Shown here: piece after piece, positions 1-7,989 of the stretch | Layout of the letters: the number at the start of each line of letters is the position of its first letter | How positions within the stretch are numbered: position 1 is the first letter of the stretch | NCBI GenBank assembly: GCA_035759485.1 | Contig: DASTUU010000312.1 | Location: 2,591-26,590 of the forward strand | Length of the DNA stretch: 24,000 bases | From: Nitrososphaeraceae archaeon | GTDB lineage: Archaea > Thermoproteota > Nitrososphaeria > Nitrososphaerales > Nitrososphaeraceae | Direction of reading: 5' to 3' | Translations under genes and position numbers: made by a program | Notes under the pieces: model-generated | Seen by the model: only the letters and a program-made list of their open reading frames with translations | What the model was told of the DNA's origin: nothing | Database searches by the model: none

Positions 1-282
1 ACCTCCTGTTATTGGACTTGTTGGATCTACCGCCAAGATGGCGACAGAGTATCCCAGGGAATGAAACTCTGGAATTAATTTGCCTATTAAAGTACTCTTT
101 CCAGCCCCAGCAGAGCCAGTTAACCCAATAGTTCTTGCGTTTCCGGTTTTCTCGAAAATGGCTTGGATTATAGCTCGAGCTTCGTTTTCATTATTATCAA
201 CAATAGAAATTGCTCTGGCAATGGATCTTCTGTCAGCCTGCAGCACACCTTCTACTATACTAGATGCTTGAGCAGATGTCAT
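1..282 (-). CDS. meaB: MeaB/ArgK-type G3E GTPase (methylmalonyl-CoA mutase accessory protein), N-terminal part; the gene runs off the left edge of the window
   Basis: Not in the supplied ORF track. Own reverse-strand translation from ATG (282-280), open to position 1: MTSAQASSIVEGVLQADRRSIARAISIVDNNENEARAIIQAIFEKTGNARTIGLTGSAGAGKSTLIGKLIPEFHSLGYSVAILAVDPTSPITGG. Walker A GxxGxGKST followed by AVDPxSPxTGG is the MeaB/ArgK signature. Divergent from the mutase B12-binding subunit gene. Confidence 0.8.
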   Translation of the reverse strand, partial: MTSAQASSIVEGVLQADRRSIARAISIVDNNENEARAIIQAIFEKTGNARTIGLTGSAGAGKSTLIGKLIPEFHSLGYSVAILAVDPTSPITGG

Positions 283-428
283 GCAATTAAACTTCAATAT
301 AATCCTACCTTAGAGCTTATTAAAGTATGAGTAGGTGCAGTCCATAAAGGACCTCATATAAGAAGAATGATAAATAGAAACCGACCTCAATTTTGCAGAT
401 CATAATAAACATTTTAAGCCCCGATAAT

Positions 429-433
429 GGAGG
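429..433 (+). promoter_or_regulatory. Shine-Dalgarno-like GGAGG 12 nt upstream of the ATG at 446
   Basis: aatGGAGGagatattcattcATG read directly. Most other genes here lack such a motif and look leaderless instead. Confidence 0.35.
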
Positions 434-445
434 AGATATTCATTC

Positions 446-883
446 ATGTCTGCACAGCAAGAAGAGGCGGAAAACGTCCAGAGGCCTTTGCGAGTACTGG
501 TGTCTAAACTGGGACTGGATGGTCACGATAGAGGCGCACTTGTAATATGCAGAGCTCTTAGAGACGCTGGATTTGAGGTTATTTATTCTGGCCTGTTCTG
601 TACACCCGAGCAGGTGGCAAAGATAGCGGTAGATGAGGATGTTGATGTTGTTGCCATGAGTCTATTGAATGGAGCCCATCTTACGATTTTTCCAAAGGTG
701 GCCAAGTTGCTAAAAGATAGAGGGGTCGAAGACATATTGATAGTAGGTGGCGGTATTATACCCGAGCGAGACAAAAGAATTTTGGAGGAGCAAGGAATCA
801 CTGGCAATTTTGGCCCCGGAACCCCGCTATCTACTATTATTGATCATATTAACAAAAATATACGCAAATCAGGGCCGAATTAA
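446..883 (+). CDS. Methylmalonyl-CoA mutase, small B12-binding subunit (C-terminal cobalamin-binding domain as a separate polypeptide)
   Basis: 145 aa. RVLVSKLGLDGHDRGALVICRALRDAGFEVIYSG contains the DxHxxG cobalamin-binding motif. The rest follows the Rossmann-like B12-binding domain pattern (VDVVAMSLLNGAH, LIVGGGIIP). Adjacent to meaB. Confidence 0.88.
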   Translation: MSAQQEEAENVQRPLRVLVSKLGLDGHDRGALVICRALRDAGFEVIYSGLFCTPEQVAKIAVDEDVDVVAMSLLNGAHLTIFPKVAKLLKDRGVEDILIVGGGIIPERDKRILEEQGITGNFGPGTPLSTIIDHINKNIRKSGPN

Positions 884-1893
884 CTATTTTTATCTTTCGA
901 GGATGGTGGCCACATCATGTCGCGCATTTCTTGGCCGACCTTTTCTATTGTGTGACTTTCGATACTATGCATGTATTTGTTAAAAGCATTCTTCCCGTCA
1001 TTTTGATAGACATTAAGCCACTCCTCTGCAAAACTACCGGATTGAATATCTTTCAGGACTTTTCGCATCCTTTCCTTCACAGAACTGTCTATGATGCGTG
1101 GTCCCCGACTTAGACCGCCGTACCTGGCAGTTTCACTGACCCGAGAATACATTCCTGCTAGACCATATTTTTGGATAAGATCGACGATAAGTTTTAATTC
1201 ATGCACGCACTCAAAATACGCAACTTCTGGTTGGTACCCTGACTCAACTAAGGTTTCGAATGCATTCATCACAAGGGCATGTGTGCCTCCACACAAGTCT
1301 GCCTGTTCGCCGAACCAATCAGTTTCGACTTCCTCCTTGAACGTAGTTTGTATTACGCCTGGGCGTGTACTTCCTATAGCCTTAGCCATTGCTAGCACCT
1401 TTTTCAAAGCCTCTTTAGAGCTGTCCTGGTGAACAGCAACTAAGGAGGGTGTGCCGAATCCTTCTTGATAAAGTTCACGAACTCTTTGACCTGGACCCTT
1501 TGGAGCAACCATTATAACATCTATATCTTCCGGCGGCTCGATCCACTTCCAGTGAATAGCCGCTCCGTGCGAAAAGCTCAGAGCTTTTTCTTTGCTCAAA
1601 TGCTGGGAAATATATTTTCTGTAGGTTATCGATTGTTCCATATCAGGAACGAGAACATGAATAATGTCAGCCTGTTTCGATGCCTTATCGATTTCCATAA
1701 CTTTGTGTCCCTCTTTTTCCGCTAAAGCCCAACTACTTCCTCCCTTTCTTAATCCTACTATTACATTGAGTCCAGAATCTCTCATATTACTTGCCTGAGC
1801 ACGACCCTGAATACCGTAACCTATCACTGCTATTGTATGGCTTAGGATAGGATCCATTGAAACGTCATTATCAAGCCATTTCTTTGCCTGCAT
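880..1893 (-). CDS. ilvC: Ketol-acid reductoisomerase (class I)
   Basis: 337 aa. IAVIGYGIQGRAQASNMRDSGLNV is the NADPH-binding GxGxQG motif. LVPDMEQ, FSHG, VAPKGPG and CGG..ALV blocks are typical of IlvC. Confidence 0.95.
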   Translation of the reverse strand: MQAKKWLDNDVSMDPILSHTIAVIGYGIQGRAQASNMRDSGLNVIVGLRKGGSSWALAEKEGHKVMEIDKASKQADIIHVLVPDMEQSITYRKYISQHLSKEKALSFSHGAAIHWKWIEPPEDIDVIMVAPKGPGQRVRELYQEGFGTPSLVAVHQDSSKEALKKVLAMAKAIGSTRPGVIQTTFKEEVETDWFGEQADLCGGTHALVMNAFETLVESGYQPEVAYFECVHELKLIVDLIQKYGLAGMYSRVSETARYGGLSRGPRIIDSSVKERMRKVLKDIQSGSFAEEWLNVYQNDGKNAFNKYMHSIESHTIEKVGQEMRDMMWPPSSKDKNS

Positions 1894-1917
1894 ATTGCTT
1901 GCTATCGAATTACTCCC

Positions 1918-1923
1918 ATATAT
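1918..1923 (-). promoter_or_regulatory. TATA-like box (ATATAT) 25-30 nt upstream of the ilvC ATG
   Basis: Minus-strand reading ...ggctgATATATgggagtaattcgatagcaagcaatATG. The spacing fits an archaeal TATA box with a leaderless or near-leaderless mRNA. It sits in a 210-bp gap after leuB, so ilvC may have its own promoter. Confidence 0.35.
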
Positions 1924-2104
1924 CAGCCTATAGTATCCATCCCCATTTTACATGTAATACTTCTAGGTGGCTACCCAATAATCAAATAGCGAATTGACTA
2001 ACGCGCATACAGGAGATCCCATTCGAAATTCCACCCTTCATTGGATATTGGTCTTTACATATAATCTCACAACAGCTGCATCTAGGTTAGACTTTATTAT
2101 GCGT

Positions 2105-3130
2105 CTAGTACATTAGATCTATAACAGCTTTTGTAAATTCTAAAGTCGACAAACTTCCACCTATATCGACTGTTTTCCTGTTATCTATCAATAGTTTTCT
2201 TATTGCATGCTCTATTTTCTGTGCCTCCTTAAATGCAACTGCATCCCCATTTTTTTCTGCAAGCCACTCAAGCATTAGCTTCGATGATAGAAGAATCGAT
2301 GAAGGGTTGGCGATATTCTTACCGGCTATATCGAAGGCTGCACCATGGATGGGTTCAAATAGCCCAAAGTTATCGCCTATATTACCTGCTGGCCCCATTC
2401 CTATACCCCCGGCAACCTGGATAGCTTCGTCTGAAAGAATATCCCCAAACATGTTCGTAGTTACTATAACATCATAGTCGTCCGGTTTACGAATAAGATT
2501 CATGGCACAAGCGTCTACATATTGTTCTGTAAACTCGATCTCGGGAAAATTTTTGGATACACTCCTGCAAGTTCTGGCAAATAATCCATCGCTTCTTCGC
2601 ATGACATTGGCTTTATGAACCGCCACAACCTTTTTTTTCTTATTTCGCTGTCCACAAGTTCTAAACGCATATTCTGCTATCCTACGTGAGGCTCCTTCGG
2701 ACGTGCGCTTTAAAGTGATAATGGTGTTATCATCGGCTTCAAATTCCCAGCCCAAATATAGATCCTCAGTATTTTCCCTCACTATGACCAAATCTATTGT
2801 CTCTGACAATCCTCTTAAATTCGGAAATGATTTAACAGGCCTAATGTTAGCATATAAGTCCAAGACTTGTCTCAAAACCAGAACTACATCAGCAGCACTT
2901 TCACCAACTGGTCCCTTTAAGCATGCATCGGAATTTCTTATTATCTGGAGCGCCCAATCCGGCATTGCCTTTCCGAATTTGGATATAGCGCCGTCTCCAG
3001 CATCTATATTTTTTATATTGAAACTTATATTTGAGTTGGCGCCTATGGCGTCAAGTAATAGACCTGCAGAATGTATCAATTCAGGACCTATGCCGTCTCC
3101 TCTAATCATAGTTATGCAATATTTGCTCAA
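2105..3130 (-). CDS. leuB: 3-isopropylmalate dehydrogenase (beta-decarboxylating dehydrogenase family)
   Basis: 341 aa. N-terminal IRGDGIGPE, LKGP, VRENTE..Y and NMFGDILSD..A...GG.GM.P blocks are typical of IPMDH/ICDH. Directly downstream of leuA in the same orientation. TTG start with GAGGTG 8 nt upstream. Confidence 0.85.
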   Translation of the reverse strand: MSKYCITMIRGDGIGPELIHSAGLLLDAIGANSNISFNIKNIDAGDGAISKFGKAMPDWALQIIRNSDACLKGPVGESAADVVLVLRQVLDLYANIRPVKSFPNLRGLSETIDLVIVRENTEDLYLGWEFEADDNTIITLKRTSEGASRRIAEYAFRTCGQRNKKKKVVAVHKANVMRRSDGLFARTCRSVSKNFPEIEFTEQYVDACAMNLIRKPDDYDVIVTTNMFGDILSDEAIQVAGGIGMGPAGNIGDNFGLFEPIHGAAFDIAGKNIANPSSILLSSKLMLEWLAEKNGDAVAFKEAQKIEHAIRKLLIDNRKTVDIGGSLSTLEFTKAVIDLMY

Positions 3131-3150
3131 AATGACACCTCAAAGAGGTC

Positions 3151-4665
3151 TTATTCTTTTGAATATAGAACCTTTCGTAATACCGTTTTATTTATTGCAT
3201 CCATCATCGCTTGTACCGATGCTACGACCACATCCTCACCTGCTTTCCGTGCGGAAACGACATTTCCATTTTTATCCTCAACCTTAACAGAAACCTCTGC
3301 TAGTGCATCAGATCCGCCAGTGATAGAGTCGAGCTTGTATTCTCTAATTCGTATATTCGCTGTTTCGGACGCAATTTTTTGTATGGCCTTTAGCGCAGCA
3401 TCTACTGGGCCAACTCCTATTTCAGATGCAATGAGGTCCTTACCGTCAGTATTCAATCTAACAACGGCTGTGGGAATAAGATTCATCCCGGTAACAATGT
3501 GAAAATCGTAAAGCTTGAATCTTTCTTCGAATTTGTTATTCTGTAATATTTCTCCTGCTATAGAAAGCAATTCAGCCGTGCTTATGGGTTTGCCCTTATC
3601 CGCCAAATTCTTCTGCTTCTCAACTATTTTATGCAATTGCTCATCATTACATTCTATACCGAAATCCCGGAGCATTGCCCTTATCCCGTGTGCGCCAGCA
3701 TGCTTTCCGGCTTGTAACCATCTTTTTCTACCGACCATCTCGGGATCGATGGGCTCGTAGGTTAGCGGATTGTTAAGTATACCATGTGTATGAATGCCTG
3801 ATTCGTGCCCGAATGAGTTCTCTCCAATAATGGCTTTGTTCGCCTGTACAGCTATTCCCATAATATTAGAAACAGATCTTGAAGTCTCATAAAGTAATTT
3901 TGTACGAATATTATGCTTCTTCTTGTACAAGCATTGCAACGCCATTACAAATTCTTCAAGAGAGGCATTGCCCGCTCGCTCGCCTAGACCGTTTATTGTA
4001 ACATGAGCGCATGCTGCTCCAGCATTTATTCCAGCGATTGAATTGGCTACAGCCAATCCGAAGTCGTTATGACAATGCAAACTTATCGGTATATCAATCT
4101 GTTTCTTTATGACTTGAACCAGATGAGAGATAAATTCTGGGGTAGCATAGCCAACGGTATCCGGTACGTCTATCCTATCCGCTCCTGCTTCTACGGCTGC
4201 TGCAAACACTTGGGTTAGAAAAGCTATATCTGATCGGGTGGCATCTTCTGCAGAAAATTCTACCCGCAATCCATGAGATTTGGCATACTCTACCGCCTTT
4301 ATTGCCTTTTCTATCACCTCCTCAGGGGACATCTTTAACTTGTACCGCATATGGATATCTGATGTGGCGATAAAGGTATGCACGTAATTTAGGTCGCACT
4401 TTATCACTGAGTCGATATCTGTAACAAGGGTTCTTGCCAAACCACAGATTTCAGAAGATAATCCAGACATTTTGATATTTCTTACAGCTTGCATTTCCCC
4501 TTGCGAAACAATAGGAAAACCAGCTTCTATAACGTCTACTCCCAATTGGTCAAGTTCGATAGCTATTTGCAACTTTTGTTCAGGATTTATTGATACTCCA
4601 GGAGTTTGCTCCCCGTCTCTGAGTGTTGTATCAAAAATCCTTACGATATTAGTCATCTCAACCAT
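3151..4665 (-). CDS. leuA: 2-isopropylmalate synthase (LeuA/CimA family; citramalate synthase cannot be excluded from sequence alone)
   Basis: 504 aa. IFDTTLRDGEQTPGV and HCHNDFGLAVANS are DRE-TIM metallolyase motifs, and a C-terminal LeuA-dimer-type regulatory domain is present. No nucleotides separate its start codon from the ilvN stop codon (4665/4666). Confidence 0.85.
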   Translation of the reverse strand: MVEMTNIVRIFDTTLRDGEQTPGVSINPEQKLQIAIELDQLGVDVIEAGFPIVSQGEMQAVRNIKMSGLSSEICGLARTLVTDIDSVIKCDLNYVHTFIATSDIHMRYKLKMSPEEVIEKAIKAVEYAKSHGLRVEFSAEDATRSDIAFLTQVFAAAVEAGADRIDVPDTVGYATPEFISHLVQVIKKQIDIPISLHCHNDFGLAVANSIAGINAGAACAHVTINGLGERAGNASLEEFVMALQCLYKKKHNIRTKLLYETSRSVSNIMGIAVQANKAIIGENSFGHESGIHTHGILNNPLTYEPIDPEMVGRKRWLQAGKHAGAHGIRAMLRDFGIECNDEQLHKIVEKQKNLADKGKPISTAELLSIAGEILQNNKFEERFKLYDFHIVTGMNLIPTAVVRLNTDGKDLIASEIGVGPVDAALKAIQKIASETANIRIREYKLDSITGGSDALAEVSVKVEDKNGNVVSARKAGEDVVVASVQAMMDAINKTVLRKVLYSKE

Positions 4666-5190
4666 TCAGATGCTCTCGCCTCTTGGAAGAGCGGAAACAC
4701 CAGTTCTTGCCAGCTGGATAATTCCAAAGGAGTGGACAAGGTTCTTAAAGGCATCAATCTTATCGGGTGTCCCTGTAATTTCCACCATAATGGTATCTCG
4801 GCCTATGTCTAGTATATTTGCTCTAAATATAGAAGCATAAGAGGTGATTTCCATTCTAGCTGTTGGCTCTTCTGCCTTCATTTTTATTAACGCCAGTTCC
4901 CTATATACCGTTTTTGAAGTGTTTAAAACTCTTACTTCAACTACATCGATTAGTTTCCTAAGCTGCTTTACAAGTTGATCCAAAGTCCTTTCATCAGTTT
5001 TAGTGGTTATGGTCATACGAGATAGGTCTACCTGTTCGGTAGACCCAACGGTTATACTTTCGATATTAAAGCTTCTTGCTCTAAACAAATTAGTTACTCT
5101 AAACAAGACACCTGGCTTGTTCTCAACAAGGGCGGCTACTATATGCCACGACTCGTTGTTAACTTGTGCAAGACTGTCATCTGTATCCAA
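4666..5190 (-). CDS. ilvN: Acetolactate synthase small (regulatory) subunit, ACT domain
   Basis: 174 aa. HIVAALVENKPGVLFRVTNLFRARSFNIESITVG..LSRMTI matches the AHAS small-subunit ACT pattern. Lies between ilvB and leuA. Confidence 0.88.
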   Translation of the reverse strand: MDTDDSLAQVNNESWHIVAALVENKPGVLFRVTNLFRARSFNIESITVGSTEQVDLSRMTITTKTDERTLDQLVKQLRKLIDVVEVRVLNTSKTVYRELALIKMKAEEPTARMEITSYASIFRANILDIGRDTIMVEITGTPDKIDAFKNLVHSFGIIQLARTGVSALPRGESI

Positions 5191-5212
5191 TTCAATACTC
5201 CTGTCGCTACGG

Positions 5213-6901
5213 TTATGCTCCTGTTATCATGTCCTTCAAGCCCGTTCCAGGTGCCACGAAGGGGTAGACATCCTCCTCAGGATCGATAGTAATATCAACC
5301 ACGGTCGCCACCTCTGTATTCAATGCCTTCTTGAGTGCTTTTTCTAGCTCTTCCATGGATTGGGCTCGGATTCCTTGTGCACCATAAGCCTCTGCAATCT
5401 TTACATAATCAGGACAGTTTTTCTGATGGACTCCCATGTATCTTCTCTTATAAAATGTTCTCTGCCATTGTGCCACCATACCTAGCATATGATTATTCAT
5501 CAAAAATACTATGACTGGAAGTTTTTCTAATACAGAAACTGCAAGAGAGTTTTCGGTCATATTAAACGATCCATCCCCTGCTATGTCAACCACAGTACAC
5601 TGTGGCATAGCCGCTTTTGCACCTATAGAGGCCGGAAATCCAAAACCCATAGTCCCTAGTCCTGTTGAACTAAAAAATGTTCCAGGAGATATAACATCAA
5701 AATGTAGAGAAGCCCACATTTGACATTGTCCAACCTCTGTAGTTACTATGGCACTAGGAGGCAGTACTTCTCTTAATTTTTTCAAGACCTTTTTGGCAGT
5801 TAATCCCCGAGGGTAATCCTTTATCGTATCAGTATAATAATCAACAAGTTCCTTCCTGCGTTTCAGCCACGGGTTATCGTTATCTCTTTTCATAATTCCG
5901 TGCTTGGCAAGCATCTTAACGGCGGTTCGGAGAGATGCCTTTACGTCACCGACTATAGCAATATCTGCTGCTTTATTCTTGCCGATCTCCGCAGGATCAA
6001 CATCCATGTGAATTATTGTCATCCCCTTTCCAAATTCGTCGAATCTTCCAACCGACCTGTCAGAGAATCTAGCCCCTATCGCTATTATACAGTCAGCTTC
6101 GATAATGATCTTATTTGCCTCTGCATGTCCGTGCATCCCAATCGGCCCCATCGCCAGGGGGTGATTTTCCGGAAAAGAACCCTTTCCCTTGAACGTCGTA
6201 ACCACTGGAGCCATTAATAATTCTGCCAATGCTTGGAGCTCGGAAAATGCACCCGAAAGGATTACTCCACCCCCAGCCATAATTATTGGCCTGTCGGCTT
6301 TGGTCATCGTCTCGACAGCCCGTTCCAATTGGGACAGATCTGCGTCTACTACCGGATTGTATCCTCTTACTTTTATCAGGTCAGGGAAAGACATTTTTTC
6401 CCTTGCTTGCTGGACGTCCTTGGGGACATCTATAAGAACTGGTCCTGGCCGCCCACTTTCTGATATATAAAATGCCTTCTTCACGGTTTCCGGGATTTCT
6501 GCAGCAGCTCTAGGCTGAAAAGCATATTTGGTGCATGGATTAGCAACGCCAATTATATCCGTCTCCTGAAATGCGTCTTTTCCGATCATTGCTAATGGAA
6601 CCTGTCCCGTTACGGCTATCATTGGTGAAGAATCAGCATAGGCCGTAGCTATTCCAGTAATAAGGTTAGTCGCCCCCGGTCCCGACGTTGCAAAGCAAAC
6701 TCCGGCCTTTCTCTTTATTCTAGCGTAGCCATCAGCCATATGTGCGGCCGATTGTTCATGTCTCACCAATATATGGCGCAAACTGGCGTCAACAAGAGCG
6801 TCATATATGGGCAGGTTGGCACCACCAGGCATACCAAACACAACTTCTACCCCTTCTTTCTCTAATGCTTTGATGAGCGCTTCAGCACCTAGCATTTCCA
6901 A
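5213..6901 (-). CDS. ilvB: Acetolactate synthase large (catalytic) subunit, ThDP-dependent
   Basis: 562 aa. GAEALIKALEKEGVEVVFGMPGGA, TSGPGATNL and the ThDP motif GDGSF.MT..EL are present. The track start is TTG at 6901; the ATG two codons in (6895) is an equally plausible start. Confidence 0.93.
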   Translation of the reverse strand: MEMLGAEALIKALEKEGVEVVFGMPGGANLPIYDALVDASLRHILVRHEQSAAHMADGYARIKRKAGVCFATSGPGATNLITGIATAYADSSPMIAVTGQVPLAMIGKDAFQETDIIGVANPCTKYAFQPRAAAEIPETVKKAFYISESGRPGPVLIDVPKDVQQAREKMSFPDLIKVRGYNPVVDADLSQLERAVETMTKADRPIIMAGGGVILSGAFSELQALAELLMAPVVTTFKGKGSFPENHPLAMGPIGMHGHAEANKIIIEADCIIAIGARFSDRSVGRFDEFGKGMTIIHMDVDPAEIGKNKAADIAIVGDVKASLRTAVKMLAKHGIMKRDNDNPWLKRRKELVDYYTDTIKDYPRGLTAKKVLKKLREVLPPSAIVTTEVGQCQMWASLHFDVISPGTFFSSTGLGTMGFGFPASIGAKAAMPQCTVVDIAGDGSFNMTENSLAVSVLEKLPVIVFLMNNHMLGMVAQWQRTFYKRRYMGVHQKNCPDYVKIAEAYGAQGIRAQSMEELEKALKKALNTEVATVVDITIDPEEDVYPFVAPGTGLKDMITGA

Positions 6902-7113
6902 GAGTTCAGCACATCACCACTTTAATTCAAATCTTCAATAATACAGGCTAAAGAATCCTTTAGCACGCTATCCGGGTAAATTCAATTTTAGGAAGTGAAA
7001 AGCGTTCATAACCATAGAATATACCTTAGCCATGCGATAAATACTTGAAGACATTTAATATTGATGAGATGTGGTGCTAGTATAACTAATAAAGATTGTG
7101 CCAAACCCAATTA

Positions 7114-7941
7114 TCAAAGATGTTTAGATTCTATGGAATCTTCTTTACGTGTCTCAATTTGACTATTTTTCGTGAATTCTTCATATGCCTCCTCTACATT
7201 TGCATTTGAATGAACTATAGATTGCACAGCCCTAATCATGGGCACTGGATGACTTGATTGCCAAATGTTCCTACCCATGTCTACCCCTGATGCTCCATCT
7301 CGCAAAGCATTGTGCGCCAACCTTAGAGCTTCTGATTCGTGGTCTAATTTCTTACCTCCCGCTATTATTACGGGAACAGGGCATCCATCGACTACTTCTT
7401 CAAAATTCTGGCAGTAATAAGATTTAATAATATGCGCACCTAATTCAGCGGCTATTCTACAGGCTAAACCCAAGTATCGTGAGTCTCGGTTCATCTCTTT
7501 TCCGACAGCCGTCACTGCGAGAACAGGTATACCATACCTTTCTCCCATGTCAACAAGTTTAGAAAGGTTAGCAAGCGTTTTGTGTTCGTGCTTGCTTCCT
7601 ACAAAGATTGATAATGCAAGACACGCAACATTTAGCCTAATCGCCTCTTCTATCGAAGCGACTATGCTTTCATTAGAAAGGTCTTCTCCGACGATGCTTG
7701 TTCCTCCTGAGACCCTCAGGACTATAGGTATATTGGCATGAGGGTTGACCGAGGTCCTCAGAACCCCTCTTGTTACCATAAGGGAATCGGCATAAGGTAA
7801 AAGAGGTTTAATAGTTCTTCTCGGCACCCTTAGTCCATCTGTAGGACCAAGAAAATAACCGTGGTCAACTGCTAACATAACGCACCGATTATCCTCAGGA
7901 CTGATTATCTTGGAGAATCGATTTTTCATGCCCCAGTCCAT
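7114..7941 (-). CDS. Class I aldolase of the DhnA/FbaB/LsrF family (fructose-bisphosphate aldolase or ADH-synthase-like; specificity unresolved)
   Basis: 275 aa. VMLAVDHGYFLGPTDGL, the candidate Schiff-base lysine context GAHIIKSYY, and GASGVDMGRNIWQ are typical of DeoC/LacD-superfamily DhnA-type aldolases. Confidence 0.75.
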   Translation of the reverse strand: MDWGMKNRFSKIISPEDNRCVMLAVDHGYFLGPTDGLRVPRRTIKPLLPYADSLMVTRGVLRTSVNPHANIPIVLRVSGGTSIVGEDLSNESIVASIEEAIRLNVACLALSIFVGSKHEHKTLANLSKLVDMGERYGIPVLAVTAVGKEMNRDSRYLGLACRIAAELGAHIIKSYYCQNFEEVVDGCPVPVIIAGGKKLDHESEALRLAHNALRDGASGVDMGRNIWQSSHPVPMIRAVQSIVHSNANVEEAYEEFTKNSQIETRKEDSIESKHL

Positions 7942-7973
7942 ACTTCAACCAACTTCCCGATCAGGCCTAGCAT

Positions 7974-7980
7974 TTATAAG
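7974..7980 (-). promoter_or_regulatory. TATA-like box (TTATAAA) 33-39 nt upstream of the aldolase ATG
   Basis: Read directly in the 48-bp gap between the dehydrogenase stop (7990) and the aldolase start (7941). Confidence 0.3.
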
Positions 7981-7989
7981 TTTATTCTG

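Noticed and set aside
80-271. 63-aa plus-strand ORF from the track
   Set aside because: It lies entirely antisense to the clearly recognisable MeaB N-terminus (Walker A and AVDPxSP motifs on the minus strand). The peptide is low-complexity and hydrophobic with no motif. It is a shadow ORF.
583-1725. Track ORFs 583..807(-), 747..983(+), 931..1113(+), 1091..1432(+), 1465..1725(+)
   Set aside because: All overlap the mutase subunit or ilvC in antisense or alternative frames, and none has a recognisable motif. The strongly supported genes fully explain the coding signal.
2233-6470. Long antisense ORFs inside leuB, leuA, ilvN and ilvB (e.g. 2703..3287 at 194 aa, 3071..3502 at 143 aa, 4472..4840, 5003..5347, 5900..6217, 6189..6470)
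   Set aside because: They are opposite-strand shadows of well-conserved enzyme genes. They are Ser/Pro/Leu-rich, have no family features and overlap one another. Their length reflects codon bias on the true strand.
7062-7067. TGATGA (C-box-like) in the ilvB-aldolase intergenic region; considered as a C/D box sRNA
   Set aside because: No CTGA D box at the expected 50-70 nt downstream, no terminal stem and no C'/D' pair. Intergenic regions 9662-9838 and 13595-14013 gave similar negative results on both strands.
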